A DNA stretch of 64,000 bases from a virus. Of this stretch, positions 11,009 to 20,667 are shown one piece after another. The stretch spans positions 14,351-78,350 of the IMG/VR virus record IMGVR_UViG_3300048929_000741. The stretch is one strand, 5' to 3'. The position numbers and the translations under genes are program-made. Below the pieces are notes generated by a model, which saw only the letters and a list, made by a program, of their open reading frames with translations, was not told where the DNA came from and did no database searches. The stretch's first letter is position 1. Every line of letters starts with the position of its first letter.

Positions 11009-11063
11009 AATTATAAATTGATACAAGCCGGGGCATAGACCCCGGTAAAAAAATAGCATAAAA

Positions 11064-11077
11064 AGAACATACATTCG
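11064..11077. promoter_or_regulatory. Possible LexA (SOS) box upstream of tyrosine recombinase
   Basis: AGAACATACATTCG, one mismatch to the GAAC-N4-GTTC core. Confidence 0.4.
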
Positions 11078-11205
11078 ATTTAACGGAAATAAACAAGCGG
11101 CAGAGTCACCGACCAAAGATCTTCTACCGCTTCACGCTTAAGGATATTATAAAAGAAAATGTCTCCTTAAGCAACTGAAATTTAACGAAAAGGAGATTAC
11201 ATATT

Positions 11206-12243
11206 ATGAATGGACAAACCATAAAAGCACAGGTAATTAATAATATCATTGTTGCCATGGCGGAGCATGTGACTAAGGACGTTTTAGAAATTCTTCACCA
11301 GACGATAATAAAGGAATTTGTCAATGTCAATATGGAGGAAATAACCACTCTTCCAGTAGAGTACCAGAATGACACGGATCAGAAGAATAAGTATATCGTT
11401 CAACTTTTTATAGTGAAGAAGAAAATCAAAGATAATACTAAGCAAGCATACCTTAGTTCAGTTAAACGCCTGATTACCTTAATTGATAAACCACTGGACA
11501 GGATAGAGGAATCCGATATCAGCTATTACCTTTCATGGTATGAGAAGCGGAATATTAATGTCGGCGGCAAGAAGAATCAGGCCATTACCGTAAATAATGA
11601 AAGGCGTTTCCTATCAGCGTTCTTCACATGGATGCGAAAGGAGAAATTGATTGGAGAAAATCCGGTTGAAGCAACGGATCCGCTCAAAGCTATTAAAAAA
11701 CCAATTGATTATTTTAGGCCAGAGGAAATGACAAAAATGAAAGACGCCTGTAAGAGTTTCCGGGAACGTGCCTTAATAGAGGTGCTGCGCAGCACTGGTG
11801 CCAGAGTAGGGGAGTTGGTAGAGATAACCCTTGACCAGATAGACTGGAATACCGGGGATATCATGATCCTGGGTGAGAAGAGCGACAAATATCGTCCGAT
11901 ATTCTTAGATGATGATGCCAGGTATTATTACCGGAAGTATATGGAGTCCCGGAACGATGATAGCCCCTTTATGTTCCCTCAGTGTAAGGCACCACATGAT
12001 CAGATGACGACTTCCGGAATCAGGAGCATACTTAAAACTATTGGAAAGCGCGCCATGGTGAAAAGTAGGGTGTATCCCCATAAGATCCGTAAAACGCTCG
12101 GAATGACACTTAAAAACAAAGGTGTGGATATTGGAACAATACAGGAAATCATGGGACATGGAAGTCCTTCTGTGACTGCGGCATACTATGCTCAATCGAC
12201 TCCTGACACTTTGAGAAACATAAGAGAGAGGTGCATAGCCTAA
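11206..12243 (+). CDS. Tyrosine recombinase (XerD-like, with N-terminal core-binding domain)
   Basis: STGARVGE, HKIRKT, MGH, YY catalytic pattern. Confidence 0.9.
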   Translation: MNGQTIKAQVINNIIVAMAEHVTKDVLEILHQTIIKEFVNVNMEEITTLPVEYQNDTDQKNKYIVQLFIVKKKIKDNTKQAYLSSVKRLITLIDKPLDRIEESDISYYLSWYEKRNINVGGKKNQAITVNNERRFLSAFFTWMRKEKLIGENPVEATDPLKAIKKPIDYFRPEEMTKMKDACKSFRERALIEVLRSTGARVGELVEITLDQIDWNTGDIMILGEKSDKYRPIFLDDDARYYYRKYMESRNDDSPFMFPQCKAPHDQMTTSGIRSILKTIGKRAMVKSRVYPHKIRKTLGMTLKNKGVDIGTIQEIMGHGSPSVTAAYYAQSTPDTLRNIRERCIA

Positions 12244-12605
12244 TGGAAAATAAGACGAGAACTCAACTGAAAAACTTGGCTGCAATAAATGCTGCTATTG
12301 CTGAAGCTGATGAAGAAATTCAGATATTACAGAAAGAAGCGTCTACACATGGGTTTGAAGTAGAATATGTTTCTGCCTTGAATGAATTAAAACAAAAAAT
12401 TATATATTATCGCTATCAAAAAGTAAAGATATGTTTGGAAGTGTATGATCAGATAGAGACCCTGGAAAATGAGCAGGAAAAGCGATTATTGAAATATAGG
12501 TATATAAGGGGTTACCGCTGGGAGGTTATTGCAGAAAAAATGGGATATAGTATCAGACAGATTTTTAATATACATAAAGTTGCATTATATGGATTAAAAC
12601 CATAG
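12243..12605 (+). CDS. ArpU/RinA-like transcriptional activator
   Basis: LKYRYIRGYRWEVIAEKMGYS.RQIFNIH sigma-4-type HTH. Confidence 0.75.
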   Translation: MENKTRTQLKNLAAINAAIAEADEEIQILQKEASTHGFEVEYVSALNELKQKIIYYRYQKVKICLEVYDQIETLENEQEKRLLKYRYIRGYRWEVIAEKMGYSIRQIFNIHKVALYGLKP

Positions 12606-12702
12606 AGTTCTTAAAGAAAAGAAAGCCTCAGAAAAAAAAGACAACATTAATTCGTGGGGCTTTCTATTAATGCAATGTTCTATCTGATGCCTATATAGCT
12701 TT

Positions 12703-13785
12703 TTAAGTAGTATCTCTTAAACCAGTATATTCACCAATTTCATCCACCGTAGGGTGAAGAATAATATCTTGCAATTCTAATTTTTTTACAGATAATCCTT
12801 TAAAGAAAGATTGGTTTTTATATTTTAATAAAATTTCGTAATCATCATTACTTATATCTGTTTCCCCGTGCATGGAAGTGTTTCGGAATTGATACAAATC
12901 ATCTAAGGCCTCATGTAACTTAAATGGCAAATAATCGATATTGATGCCTCTTTTTCTCACGTAGTTTTTCATGTCGTACCATTTTAAATGCTTTGATTGT
13001 GTGTTTGGTAAATTAGACAATTGTATAATGGCATTAACCTCACGTTCAATTATAGCAAGATACTGCTTCATGAGTAAACTTGGCGCTATAGTGAATCGCT
13101 CATCTTTAATATAATATTCCTCTTCAATTACGTCAGCGGATACTAGATCTAATATTGAAGATTTTTCAAGACCAGGATACTGCGTAAGATACAGCATATA
13201 TAAATCGTTAATCTTATTTATTCCATGCCAATCTACAATTATGACTTTTGGTTTGTTTTTAGATGATAAAAGTGAGATTTCTGTTACTGTATCATAAATA
13301 TCTACGGTAATATCGATCTCAGAAACGAAATTGTTTATTCCTCTAGAAATTATACAATATGTAGTTATAATAAATGCATTCATAGCTGTATAACAGCAGG
13401 ATATAAAATCGTCTTTCATGAGATATTCATGATATATGTGTTGCATCAGTTCATGTAAAATAATACGTTCACTTGGTGACAAAGGCTCTTTATTTTCACA
13501 TTGGTTTAGCTTTAGGGGGTCTATGTATGTTAAAAAATTAATGTATTCATTATGCGATAAGCTTGTGCGTAACAATGTTTGAGTATGTATAATAATCAGC
13601 CTATCATTTTTATGTGGCCTTTTTAATAATCCAGCTAGTTGTTCCATTACGGATAATACGAAGTAACGTTCCCCATTAAAAGGATTAGATTTACCTATAA
13701 TTTTATCTGTATAGTCAATAAACATGTTATAAGTATTTTGTTCTATTTCGTGTGTACTTATTAAAGTATTTTTGGAATTATTCAT
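12703..13785 (-). CDS. Moron protein with C-terminal R-x4-H (HEPN-like) motif
   Basis: AT-rich, antisense to phage genes; FRNTSMH. Confidence 0.6.
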   Translation of the reverse strand: MNNSKNTLISTHEIEQNTYNMFIDYTDKIIGKSNPFNGERYFVLSVMEQLAGLLKRPHKNDRLIIIHTQTLLRTSLSHNEYINFLTYIDPLKLNQCENKEPLSPSERIILHELMQHIYHEYLMKDDFISCCYTAMNAFIITTYCIISRGINNFVSEIDITVDIYDTVTEISLLSSKNKPKVIIVDWHGINKINDLYMLYLTQYPGLEKSSILDLVSADVIEEEYYIKDERFTIAPSLLMKQYLAIIEREVNAIIQLSNLPNTQSKHLKWYDMKNYVRKRGINIDYLPFKLHEALDDLYQFRNTSMHGETDISNDDYEILLKYKNQSFFKGLSVKKLELQDIILHPTVDEIGEYTGLRDTT

Positions 13786-14070
13786 GTTTATATCCTTTCT
13801 TACTCAATTATTATTAATACAATAATTTAATATTAAGCACTAATTTTTATATTCACTTTTATTTTCTTAGTGATTTTCTTATCTTTAAAAACTCTAATAA
13901 GTAAAAAAGTTTTATATAAAGTATATGCTTTATAAATAAATAAGTAAAGAAAAATTATGTAATAATTGTACATAGAATTGCAGTAATAGATAGTGATATG
14001 CTTGTCTACGATATCAAATTAAAAGGAGATAAAGCTGTCCGGATGAAAGCTGCAGTTGCTTTTTTAAAGA

Positions 14071-15099
14071 ATGAATTTTACGTTTTTAGATTTTTTTTCT
14101 GGCATAGGTGGATTTAGAAAAGGTATGGAACTTGCCGGCCATAAATGTGTTGGTTTTTGTGAATGGGATAAGTATGCTGTAATGAGTTATACATCAATGC
14201 ATTTAATATCCAGAGAGCAAAATGAATACCTTCTTCAACTTCCATTGCGAGAAAGGCAAAAAGAGATTTTAAAGGAGAATTATAGAAATGGGGAATGGTA
14301 CGCAAATGACATCAGAAATATTGCAGCCAGAGAATTGCCCAGAGCAGATGTATGGTGTTTCGGATTCCCATGCCAAGACATTTCCATTGCCGGGAAGAGA
14401 CTTGGATTTGCTGGGAAACGTTCAAGTCTGTTTTTCACAGTTACAGGACTTATTAGAGACCTGCCGGAAGAAAATAAACCCTCAATCCTATTTATTGAGA
14501 ACGTTAAAAACTTACTTAGTGTTAATAGAGGGCTCGATTTTGCCAAACTTCTCATTGAATTGGACGAAGTCGGCTATGATGCAGAATGGCAAGTTCTCAA
14601 TACCAAAGATTTTGGAATCCCACAAAGTAGAGAAAGGGTGTTTATTGTTGGATTTCTTAGAGGAAGAACCAGAAGAAAAGTATTACCTATCAGAGGAACA
14701 GGCAGCAAAAATAATCTTTCATTAAAGATCAAGAAACATAGAGAAGGTTTTTTAATCAGGGATGCAAATGAAAAAGGTTACACTCGAGCTGAGGTAGGAG
14801 ATGGTATAAAATTAGATTTCCCCAATAGTACGACTAAGCATGGTCGAGTTGGGAAAGGAAAGGTTCATACATTAACAACCGCATGTAATCAAGGTGTTGT
14901 TTGTATGAAAGATAAGGTCCCTAAGATTCGCAAGCTTACCCCGAGAGAATGTTTTCGTCTGCAGGGATGGAAAGACAAATATTTTGAACAGGCAGCTATG
15001 GTTAATAGCGATAATCAGCTTTATAAGCAGGCGGGTAATGGAGTAACTGTGAATGTAATTCAGGAAATAGCAAGTAAGTTTCATCTTTTAGATTCATAA
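14071..15099 (+). CDS. dcm: C5-cytosine DNA methyltransferase
   Basis: FSGIGG, GFPCQD, ENV, QSRERVF, LTPRECFRLQG, YKQAGN. Confidence 0.92.
   Translation: MNFTFLDFFSGIGGFRKGMELAGHKCVGFCEWDKYAVMSYTSMHLISREQNEYLLQLPLRERQKEILKENYRNGEWYANDIRNIAARELPRADVWCFGFPCQDISIAGKRLGFAGKRSSLFFTVTGLIRDLPEENKPSILFIENVKNLLSVNRGLDFAKLLIELDEVGYDAEWQVLNTKDFGIPQSRERVFIVGFLRGRTRRKVLPIRGTGSKNNLSLKIKKHREGFLIRDANEKGYTRAEVGDGIKLDFPNSTTKHGRVGKGKVHTLTTACNQGVVCMKDKVPKIRKLTPRECFRLQGWKDKYFEQAAMVNSDNQLYKQAGNGVTVNVIQEIASKFHLLDS
14288..14725 (+). CDS. Overprinted alternative-frame ORF, possible methyltransferase beta-type polypeptide
   Basis: 145-aa open frame inside the MTase ending LLDFLEEEPEEKYYLS. Confidence 0.45.
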   Translation: MGNGTQMTSEILQPENCPEQMYGVSDSHAKTFPLPGRDLDLLGNVQVCFSQLQDLLETCRKKINPQSYLLRTLKTYLVLIEGSILPNFSLNWTKSAMMQNGKFSIPKILESHKVEKGCLLLDFLEEEPEEKYYLSEEQAAKIIFH

Positions 15100-15141
15100 A
15101 ATTTGTTCTATTGAGATTCTCCATAAAAAGGAGGTTTTGTT

Positions 15142-15897
15142 ATGAATAGTTTTATTAGTTGGATTGGTGGAAAGAAATTGTTACGAAAGCAGATCATGGA
15201 GCAGTTTCCGGATCAGGGTTCATACAGCCGGTATATTGAGGTGTTCGGCGGAGCCGGCTGGGTATTATTCTCAAAAGATAAACATGCATCATTGGAAGTC
15301 TTCAACGATGTTAACGGCGAATTGATTAATCTTTACCGGGTGGTAAAATATCACCCGGAACCACTACAGAAAGAATTAGAATGGTTGCTTATGTCCCGGG
15401 AACAGTTCTTTGATGAATTAAACAGGAATACCAGAGGAATGACCGACATACAACGAGCCGCCCGGTTCTTTTGCCTGATCAGGGAGAGTTTTGGAACAGA
15501 CTGCAAATCGTTTGGAGTAAGTTCAAGGGATATAAATAAGGCGGTTGATTATTTAAAAGAGGTATCAGGAAGATTAAATCGGGTGGTAATTGAGAATCAA
15601 GACTTTGAGCGACTGATAAAGACATATGACAGGCCCGATGCACTGTTTTACCTGGACCCTCCTTACTTCGAAGCGGAGAAGTATTATCCAGATCGATTCA
15701 ATCCGGAAGACCATGAACGGCTGCGGGAGTGCTTGGGTAGTATTAAAGGGAAATTCATTTTATCTTATAACGATTGTCACCAAATCAGGGATCTTTATAA
15801 GGGATATACCATTATTGAGATTGACAGAATGGATAATCTTGTTAATAAGAACATGAGTAGACGGTATAAGGAATTGATTATTAAAAGCCATCCATGA
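15142..15897 (+). CDS. dam: N6-adenine DNA methyltransferase (Dam/D12 class)
   Basis: WIGGK, EVFGGAG, ND, YLDPPY, LSYND. Confidence 0.9.
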   Translation: MNSFISWIGGKKLLRKQIMEQFPDQGSYSRYIEVFGGAGWVLFSKDKHASLEVFNDVNGELINLYRVVKYHPEPLQKELEWLLMSREQFFDELNRNTRGMTDIQRAARFFCLIRESFGTDCKSFGVSSRDINKAVDYLKEVSGRLNRVVIENQDFERLIKTYDRPDALFYLDPPYFEAEKYYPDRFNPEDHERLRECLGSIKGKFILSYNDCHQIRDLYKGYTIIEIDRMDNLVNKNMSRRYKELIIKSHP

Positions 15898-15964
15898 TAT
15901 ATTTGAGTTTCTTTTTATACTTTAATGTTGTAAAATAAAGTAAAGAATTGAAAGGAAAATACAA

Positions 15965-16513
15965 ATGAAAAATGGAAACCACTTTACCGGAAATAATAAT
16001 GGAAATGCAATCGCTAATGAGAATTGCACAGTTTATATAGAGGATAAAAACTCTAATGCTGTACCCTATGAAGAATTGTGTAAGGCTGTTAGGATTAAAA
16101 AGACCGATCAATTTTTTAAAAGGGAATGGATTACTATAGCTGCAGAAGTTTTAACCATTATTACAGGTATGGCTGCAATTTTTAATTTTAACTTCAAAAT
16201 CGAGTGGAAAATAGTTATATTAATCTTTTTATTTTATTTGTTTTTATGGGCTCGTTCTCAATATAGAATGTTAGATCAAATAAAATCTAAAAAGTCATTC
16301 AATTTTGATGAGACTGCCATTATTGAGCGCCAAGGATATATTTATTCTATCTATCCAAAGAAGTGCCCTAAATGTGGTGAAAAAGCAGGTGGAATGCTAA
16401 AGTTTGTGAGGCAAACAGATGATAAATGGATTCTTCAATGTAATGTTCAGCCTCAACATACATTTGAGTATGATCATACAGAGGTTGTTTTTAAAGTTGA
16501 TGATAATTCTTAA
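15965..16513 (+). CDS. Membrane protein with C-terminal Zn-ribbon (moron)
   Basis: Two hydrophobic segments; CPKC...C...H. Confidence 0.6.
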   Translation: MKNGNHFTGNNNGNAIANENCTVYIEDKNSNAVPYEELCKAVRIKKTDQFFKREWITIAAEVLTIITGMAAIFNFNFKIEWKIVILIFLFYLFLWARSQYRMLDQIKSKKSFNFDETAIIERQGYIYSIYPKKCPKCGEKAGGMLKFVRQTDDKWILQCNVQPQHTFEYDHTEVVFKVDDNS

Positions 16514-16574
16514 TAATAAAATGAAAAAAATGCATATCCAAATTAAAAAGTAAGGAAATGTTTGGGGGGATAAT

Positions 16575-17340
16575 ATGAGTAACAATGATGATGATGATGA
16601 TGATCGTCTGAATTTATTTGATTTTATGGGTTTTCCGGACCGTCAAAAGCGAGATGAAGCACTGCAAATTTGTGATATCAATAAAATTTGTTTATTGCAA
16701 GTAGAAGATGTTAATTTACGTTTTTTTGATACTTTTTAGAACAATATAGTGTATGGTGCTATCATATTAATAATTTTAGAAGCCATTTATGGACGCATTT
16801 TTTATTAATGTATTATCAATATTCCCAGAATCCATTAGATATTATTGATTTACACAGATTGCAATCGCCTGAAGCTGCACACAAAACGTTTTTTGATACT
16901 TTTGCAGAAGATGTAGCACTTTATTCAATTTCTTATTTCGATAAACATTTAGAAATGTTCAATGACTTATACGATTTAAAAAAATTACCTGGGAAGAAAG
17001 GCAATCTAAATCGATATGAAATAATTAAAGAGATGAAAAAAGTTGAAGTACTTAAAGAACTTGCTTATGAATATCAGCATATAGTACAATCAGATGCATT
17101 CTACCAAATTTTAAATATACGGAAATTTTTTGTTCACAATAAATCATTGTCCTACTATGGGATGGAAGTCACAAAAATCGGACCTGGCATATACGCAAGT
17201 GGCAATAGTGATGGAATCTCTACAGAATTAGTATATAAATCAGTCTGTGAACTGCTAAGAGTTATGAGCGATTGTGCGAACATGTAAACGCTTTTATTAA
17301 TGCGAGGGTGGAAGCGTCAAAGCAAAGATACGGAATATAA
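16575..17340 (+). pseudogene. Frameshifted HEPN-like (Cthe_2314-type) gene
   Basis: ATG 16575 frame stops at TAG 16737-16739 in a T-run; continues in the 16808 frame with IRKFFVHNK (R-x4-H); probable second shift near 17260. Confidence 0.5.
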
Positions 17341-17508
17341 TGTTTATGATTCAAGGACTGACGGTTGTTGGCACTTTTTTGGTATAATAAGATTTGAATT
17401 CTTTGGGTATTCCTATTGACATTGATAAATAAAAAAATATATATTACCAATAGATATCTAATATTAAACTCTATAATTTATATTGGAATAATACTGGGGG
17501 AGATAAGG

Positions 17509-18057
17509 TTGATTGACTTCAACGAGATGAGCAAAAGAGAATATGATGAACTTGGCTTCTTATATGAGCAAAGATATGGACCATATAAGCCATTTAAAGA
17601 GTGGATAATTGTAGACGATGACATCAATCCTTACATAAGGCAGCTTATGGATATTACTTTTGAGAACGAAGTGGAAAAAATCAAAATAGACACTGTAGAA
17701 AAATTCTTGTTCAACAAAATATCTAGAGAAGAATCGCGCAAAATTTTGTCGTTACTCCTGAAGAATAAAATTATATCCGAACAAGGGAATTTGCTTATGA
17801 GCAATAAAGAATATGCAGAATTCACTCATAAATTCTTAGATGAAATAAAGCGAAAAGAAAAATTGGTAGAACAAGAACGTGAAGTAAAGGAGGCAAAAGA
17901 AGCAAAAGAATTTAATATGCAGCTATTTGCTTTTTACTTAATATTGCTAGCTATTTCAATACCTTTGTGCGCTTTAACATTTAGGATTTTTGGTTTTGCT
18001 TTAATGATTCCGGCATTTGTAATGACCATTGCATTGGTGTATAAATTTACAAGGTGA
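17509..18057 (+). CDS. Membrane protein (two C-terminal TM helices)
   Basis: TTG start after GGGGAG; hydrophobic C-terminus. Confidence 0.6.
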   Translation: MIDFNEMSKREYDELGFLYEQRYGPYKPFKEWIIVDDDINPYIRQLMDITFENEVEKIKIDTVEKFLFNKISREESRKILSLLLKNKIISEQGNLLMSNKEYAEFTHKFLDEIKRKEKLVEQEREVKEAKEAKEFNMQLFAFYLILLAISIPLCALTFRIFGFALMIPAFVMTIALVYKFTR

Positions 18058-18570
18058 TTAATAAAATTTGCTTTCCTCCTGGTCATTAAAAGTTTGTTAA
18101 TAATTGTCGTTTATAAACAAAAGAAAAGCCCTGCATCATTTGCAAGGCTGAACCTCTCCGACATGCCGATTGGGGGCAGCTATGTCGGTAGCTGTTATAA
18201 TACAAATAGCACAAATAAAATTTCTTGTCAAGGGTTGATTTGAAATTTATTTTATGCTAATCTGAAAAAGCCGAGGGGGCTCTACAAGAAATACTCAAGG
18301 GTATATCTTCCGGACATTGAGAATTTATCATGGTGATTAAATCAGGCAGGCAGAAGAGCAGATAAAGCTTTGAAGCCTGCTTTTTGTATTCAAAAATATG
18401 CATTTTTAAGCCCTATATATTATAAAATATATATAGACATATTAGTTTATTAATAATATACTCTTAGGCTTTCTGTATCCCCTGAGGTAAGTATAATAAC
18501 TATATAGGGGGATATAAAAAACTTTATACCAGATATTGACAGAATATTAAATATCTGCTAGAGTGTAAAT

Positions 18571-18709
18571 AATTAAATATTAAAGCGTGTATATGCTAGC
18601 CTGGTTGGTCTTGACCATATACTACGTCCCCGTAATAGGCGGGAAAGAACCAATGACTTCCAGTCCTTGTGTTGTACGGTATTCACTCCGTATAGCGCAG
18701 GGACTTTTT
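18571..18709 (+). ncRNA. Putative ~140-nt small RNA
   Basis: TTGACA(18536)-17-TAGAGT with extended TG; strong terminator 18662-18709; no ORF with RBS seen. Confidence 0.45.
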
Positions 18710-18875
18710 ATTTGCCCGTAAATCGATTTGACATTGACAGGTGAGAAAATGTCCACGAAAGACATTTAAAACGGCGCACGGGGCAAAATTAAGCGTTAAA
18801 ATGGGTTTTAAATCTATTAGTCATAGCACAGATAGAACAGAAACAGATAGAATCTAAAATCAAGGAGTTGATAAC

Positions 18876-19046
18876 ATGCAGGGAATAAGTGATAAGTGTG
18901 GCCGGGAAAGCTGCAGGTTTCAGGACACTGGGAAATGTACGAATACGGAGCAGCGGGATGAATGTCTGAAACTGCTGAATCAAATCATTCCTGATCCAGA
19001 AGACCGGATAACTTTGGCATTATCAGATCAGGTAGTTAAAGATTAA
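18876..19046 (+). CDS. Small Cys-containing phage protein (56 aa)
   Basis: AAGGAG RBS; C-x4-C-x6-C...C. Confidence 0.5.
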   Translation: MQGISDKCGRESCRFQDTGKCTNTEQRDECLKLLNQIIPDPEDRITLALSDQVVKD

Positions 19047-19143
19047 TAAATCTGTGGTATTTACCCAGATAAATAATATATAAAGCTTTTATATGTATCT
19101 GTATGATACCTGTATAAGACACAGAAAGGAGATATAAAACATT

Positions 19144-19776
19144 ATGTCAGATAATATTAATTACACTACTGTAGCTGATACTGATGGGAATACAGTAGAT
19201 GTCTTTGAAAATGAGATATCTCTATATCTCCAAGAATACATAGATGAACGTGGTATATCTGATATGCGTAAAGAACCACAGAGTCGTTGGAACGCTGCTC
19301 TTATATATATAAATAAAGCTTTATTTGGTGTTAATAAAGATAAATTAATTATAGATAGCAGAGTAAGTAATGCTTATAATATAGACCTTATTAGTAGTAT
19401 ATGTGATGTTTATATAACTCTCTGTTATGAATATGACAAGGAGATTAGTATTATAGGTTTCTCTAAGTTAACAGGTATTAATCAAGATACTTTCTATTCT
19501 TGGGGCAATAATGAGACGCAAGTCGGTTCTGGTGCCTCCGAGATATACAAAAAACTTAATTCCGAAAGAGAAGAAAGTTTGAGCAACAAATTGATTTCTG
19601 GCGGTTCCAATCCCATGAAAATACTCCCGGCACTCAACCGACATTACGGGTGGAACATGGGACAGCCAAGAGGAGCGGACGGCGCGGCGCGCATATCAGT
19701 GAGTCGTGAGGAGATAGAAGCTAGGGCTCACACAGTGGATCTGCTGCCGGAATCGGCTGACGAATTACCTGATTAA
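19144..19776 (+). CDS. Putative terminase small subunit / DNA packaging protein
   Basis: HTH-like 'SIIGFSKLTGINQDTFYSW' then 'LNRHYGW'; no other TerS candidate seen. Confidence 0.5.
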   Translation: MSDNINYTTVADTDGNTVDVFENEISLYLQEYIDERGISDMRKEPQSRWNAALIYINKALFGVNKDKLIIDSRVSNAYNIDLISSICDVYITLCYEYDKEISIIGFSKLTGINQDTFYSWGNNETQVGSGASEIYKKLNSEREESLSNKLISGGSNPMKILPALNRHYGWNMGQPRGADGAARISVSREEIEARAHTVDLLPESADELPD

Positions 19777-19814
19777 GGGCATAAGAAAAGCCCCGGCGAT
19801 TGCCAGGGCAGTGA

Positions 19815-20393
19815 TTAAATCAAGAATAGATTTTTTTGAATAGCTTCTTCAATTTGCTTCGGTTGAATGCCAATGTATCGCTGAGTAACAGCAGCACTTG
19901 AGTGTTGCAGGAGTTGCCGAACAAGCTCAATATTGTATCCATTGTCATTGTAAAGGTTGGTCGCGTAGAATTTGCGGAAGCTGTGGGAACCAATATTATC
20001 AAGGCTTAGAGCCTCGCAGACCAGTTTTAAATGCTTTTGAATGGCTCTTTCGCTGATATCAAACAGTTTCGCACGACTGGATATGTTATTATCAAGCGCA
20101 TATTGCAAGATGTAATTATACAGCTCGACCGGCACAGTAAAGTTTCTTTCCTTTTTGGTTTTCCCCTCTGTGATATTAAGGCGATACCGTTCGCCATCTT
20201 TGATAATGTCACATGCGTGGAGCTGCAGCACATCACCAATACGTAAGCCCAGGTTGGCTTCCAGTACTAAGGCAGTAGCGATCCGGTTGTTCGGCTTACA
20301 GGCGGTACCGTCCTTGGCTATGAACCCAGATCGGATAGTGTCAATGATAAGCTGATATGATTCGCGGGTTAGTGTCACGGTTTTTTTATTCAT
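19815..20393 (-). CDS. Catalytic-domain-only tyrosine recombinase (resolvase-like)
   Basis: LGLRIGD, HSFRK, LQH, TQRY; ATG 20393 after AAGGAGG. Confidence 0.88.
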   Translation of the reverse strand: MNKKTVTLTRESYQLIIDTIRSGFIAKDGTACKPNNRIATALVLEANLGLRIGDVLQLHACDIIKDGERYRLNITEGKTKKERNFTVPVELYNYILQYALDNNISSRAKLFDISERAIQKHLKLVCEALSLDNIGSHSFRKFYATNLYNDNGYNIELVRQLLQHSSAAVTQRYIGIQPKQIEEAIQKNLFLI

Positions 20394-20409
20394 TCTATAC
20401 TCCTCCTTG

Positions 20410-20521
20410 AAAGTTCGTAAAATACTTCTGAAAAGTTCGTATAATCTATTAACACCATCATACCACACGATAAAACCATTGTAAATACGTAATAGTTCGT
20501 TTGCTAACCATTTTACGAACT
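20410..20521. repeat. AGTTCGT direct and inverted repeats upstream of the small recombinase
   Basis: AAAGTTCGTA at 20410 and 20432, AGTTCGT at 20494, inverted ATTTTACGAACT 20510-20521. Confidence 0.6.
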
Positions 20522-20667
20522 CAGAAACACCAATAGAAAAAGTACCCGGGACGGGGTCTATAGGAAAGCTGTTTTCGGCCTTGTTATGTACGGAAAGTCC
20601 GAAAAATTCAAAAAGGGCTTTTCGTCAAAGATAAGAATTTGATCAAGAAAGTAAAGGGGTAAATATC

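Noticed and set aside
11206-12243. Prophage integrase marking an att boundary
   Set aside because: It lies mid-operon with phage genes on both sides and no adjacent host DNA or repressor.
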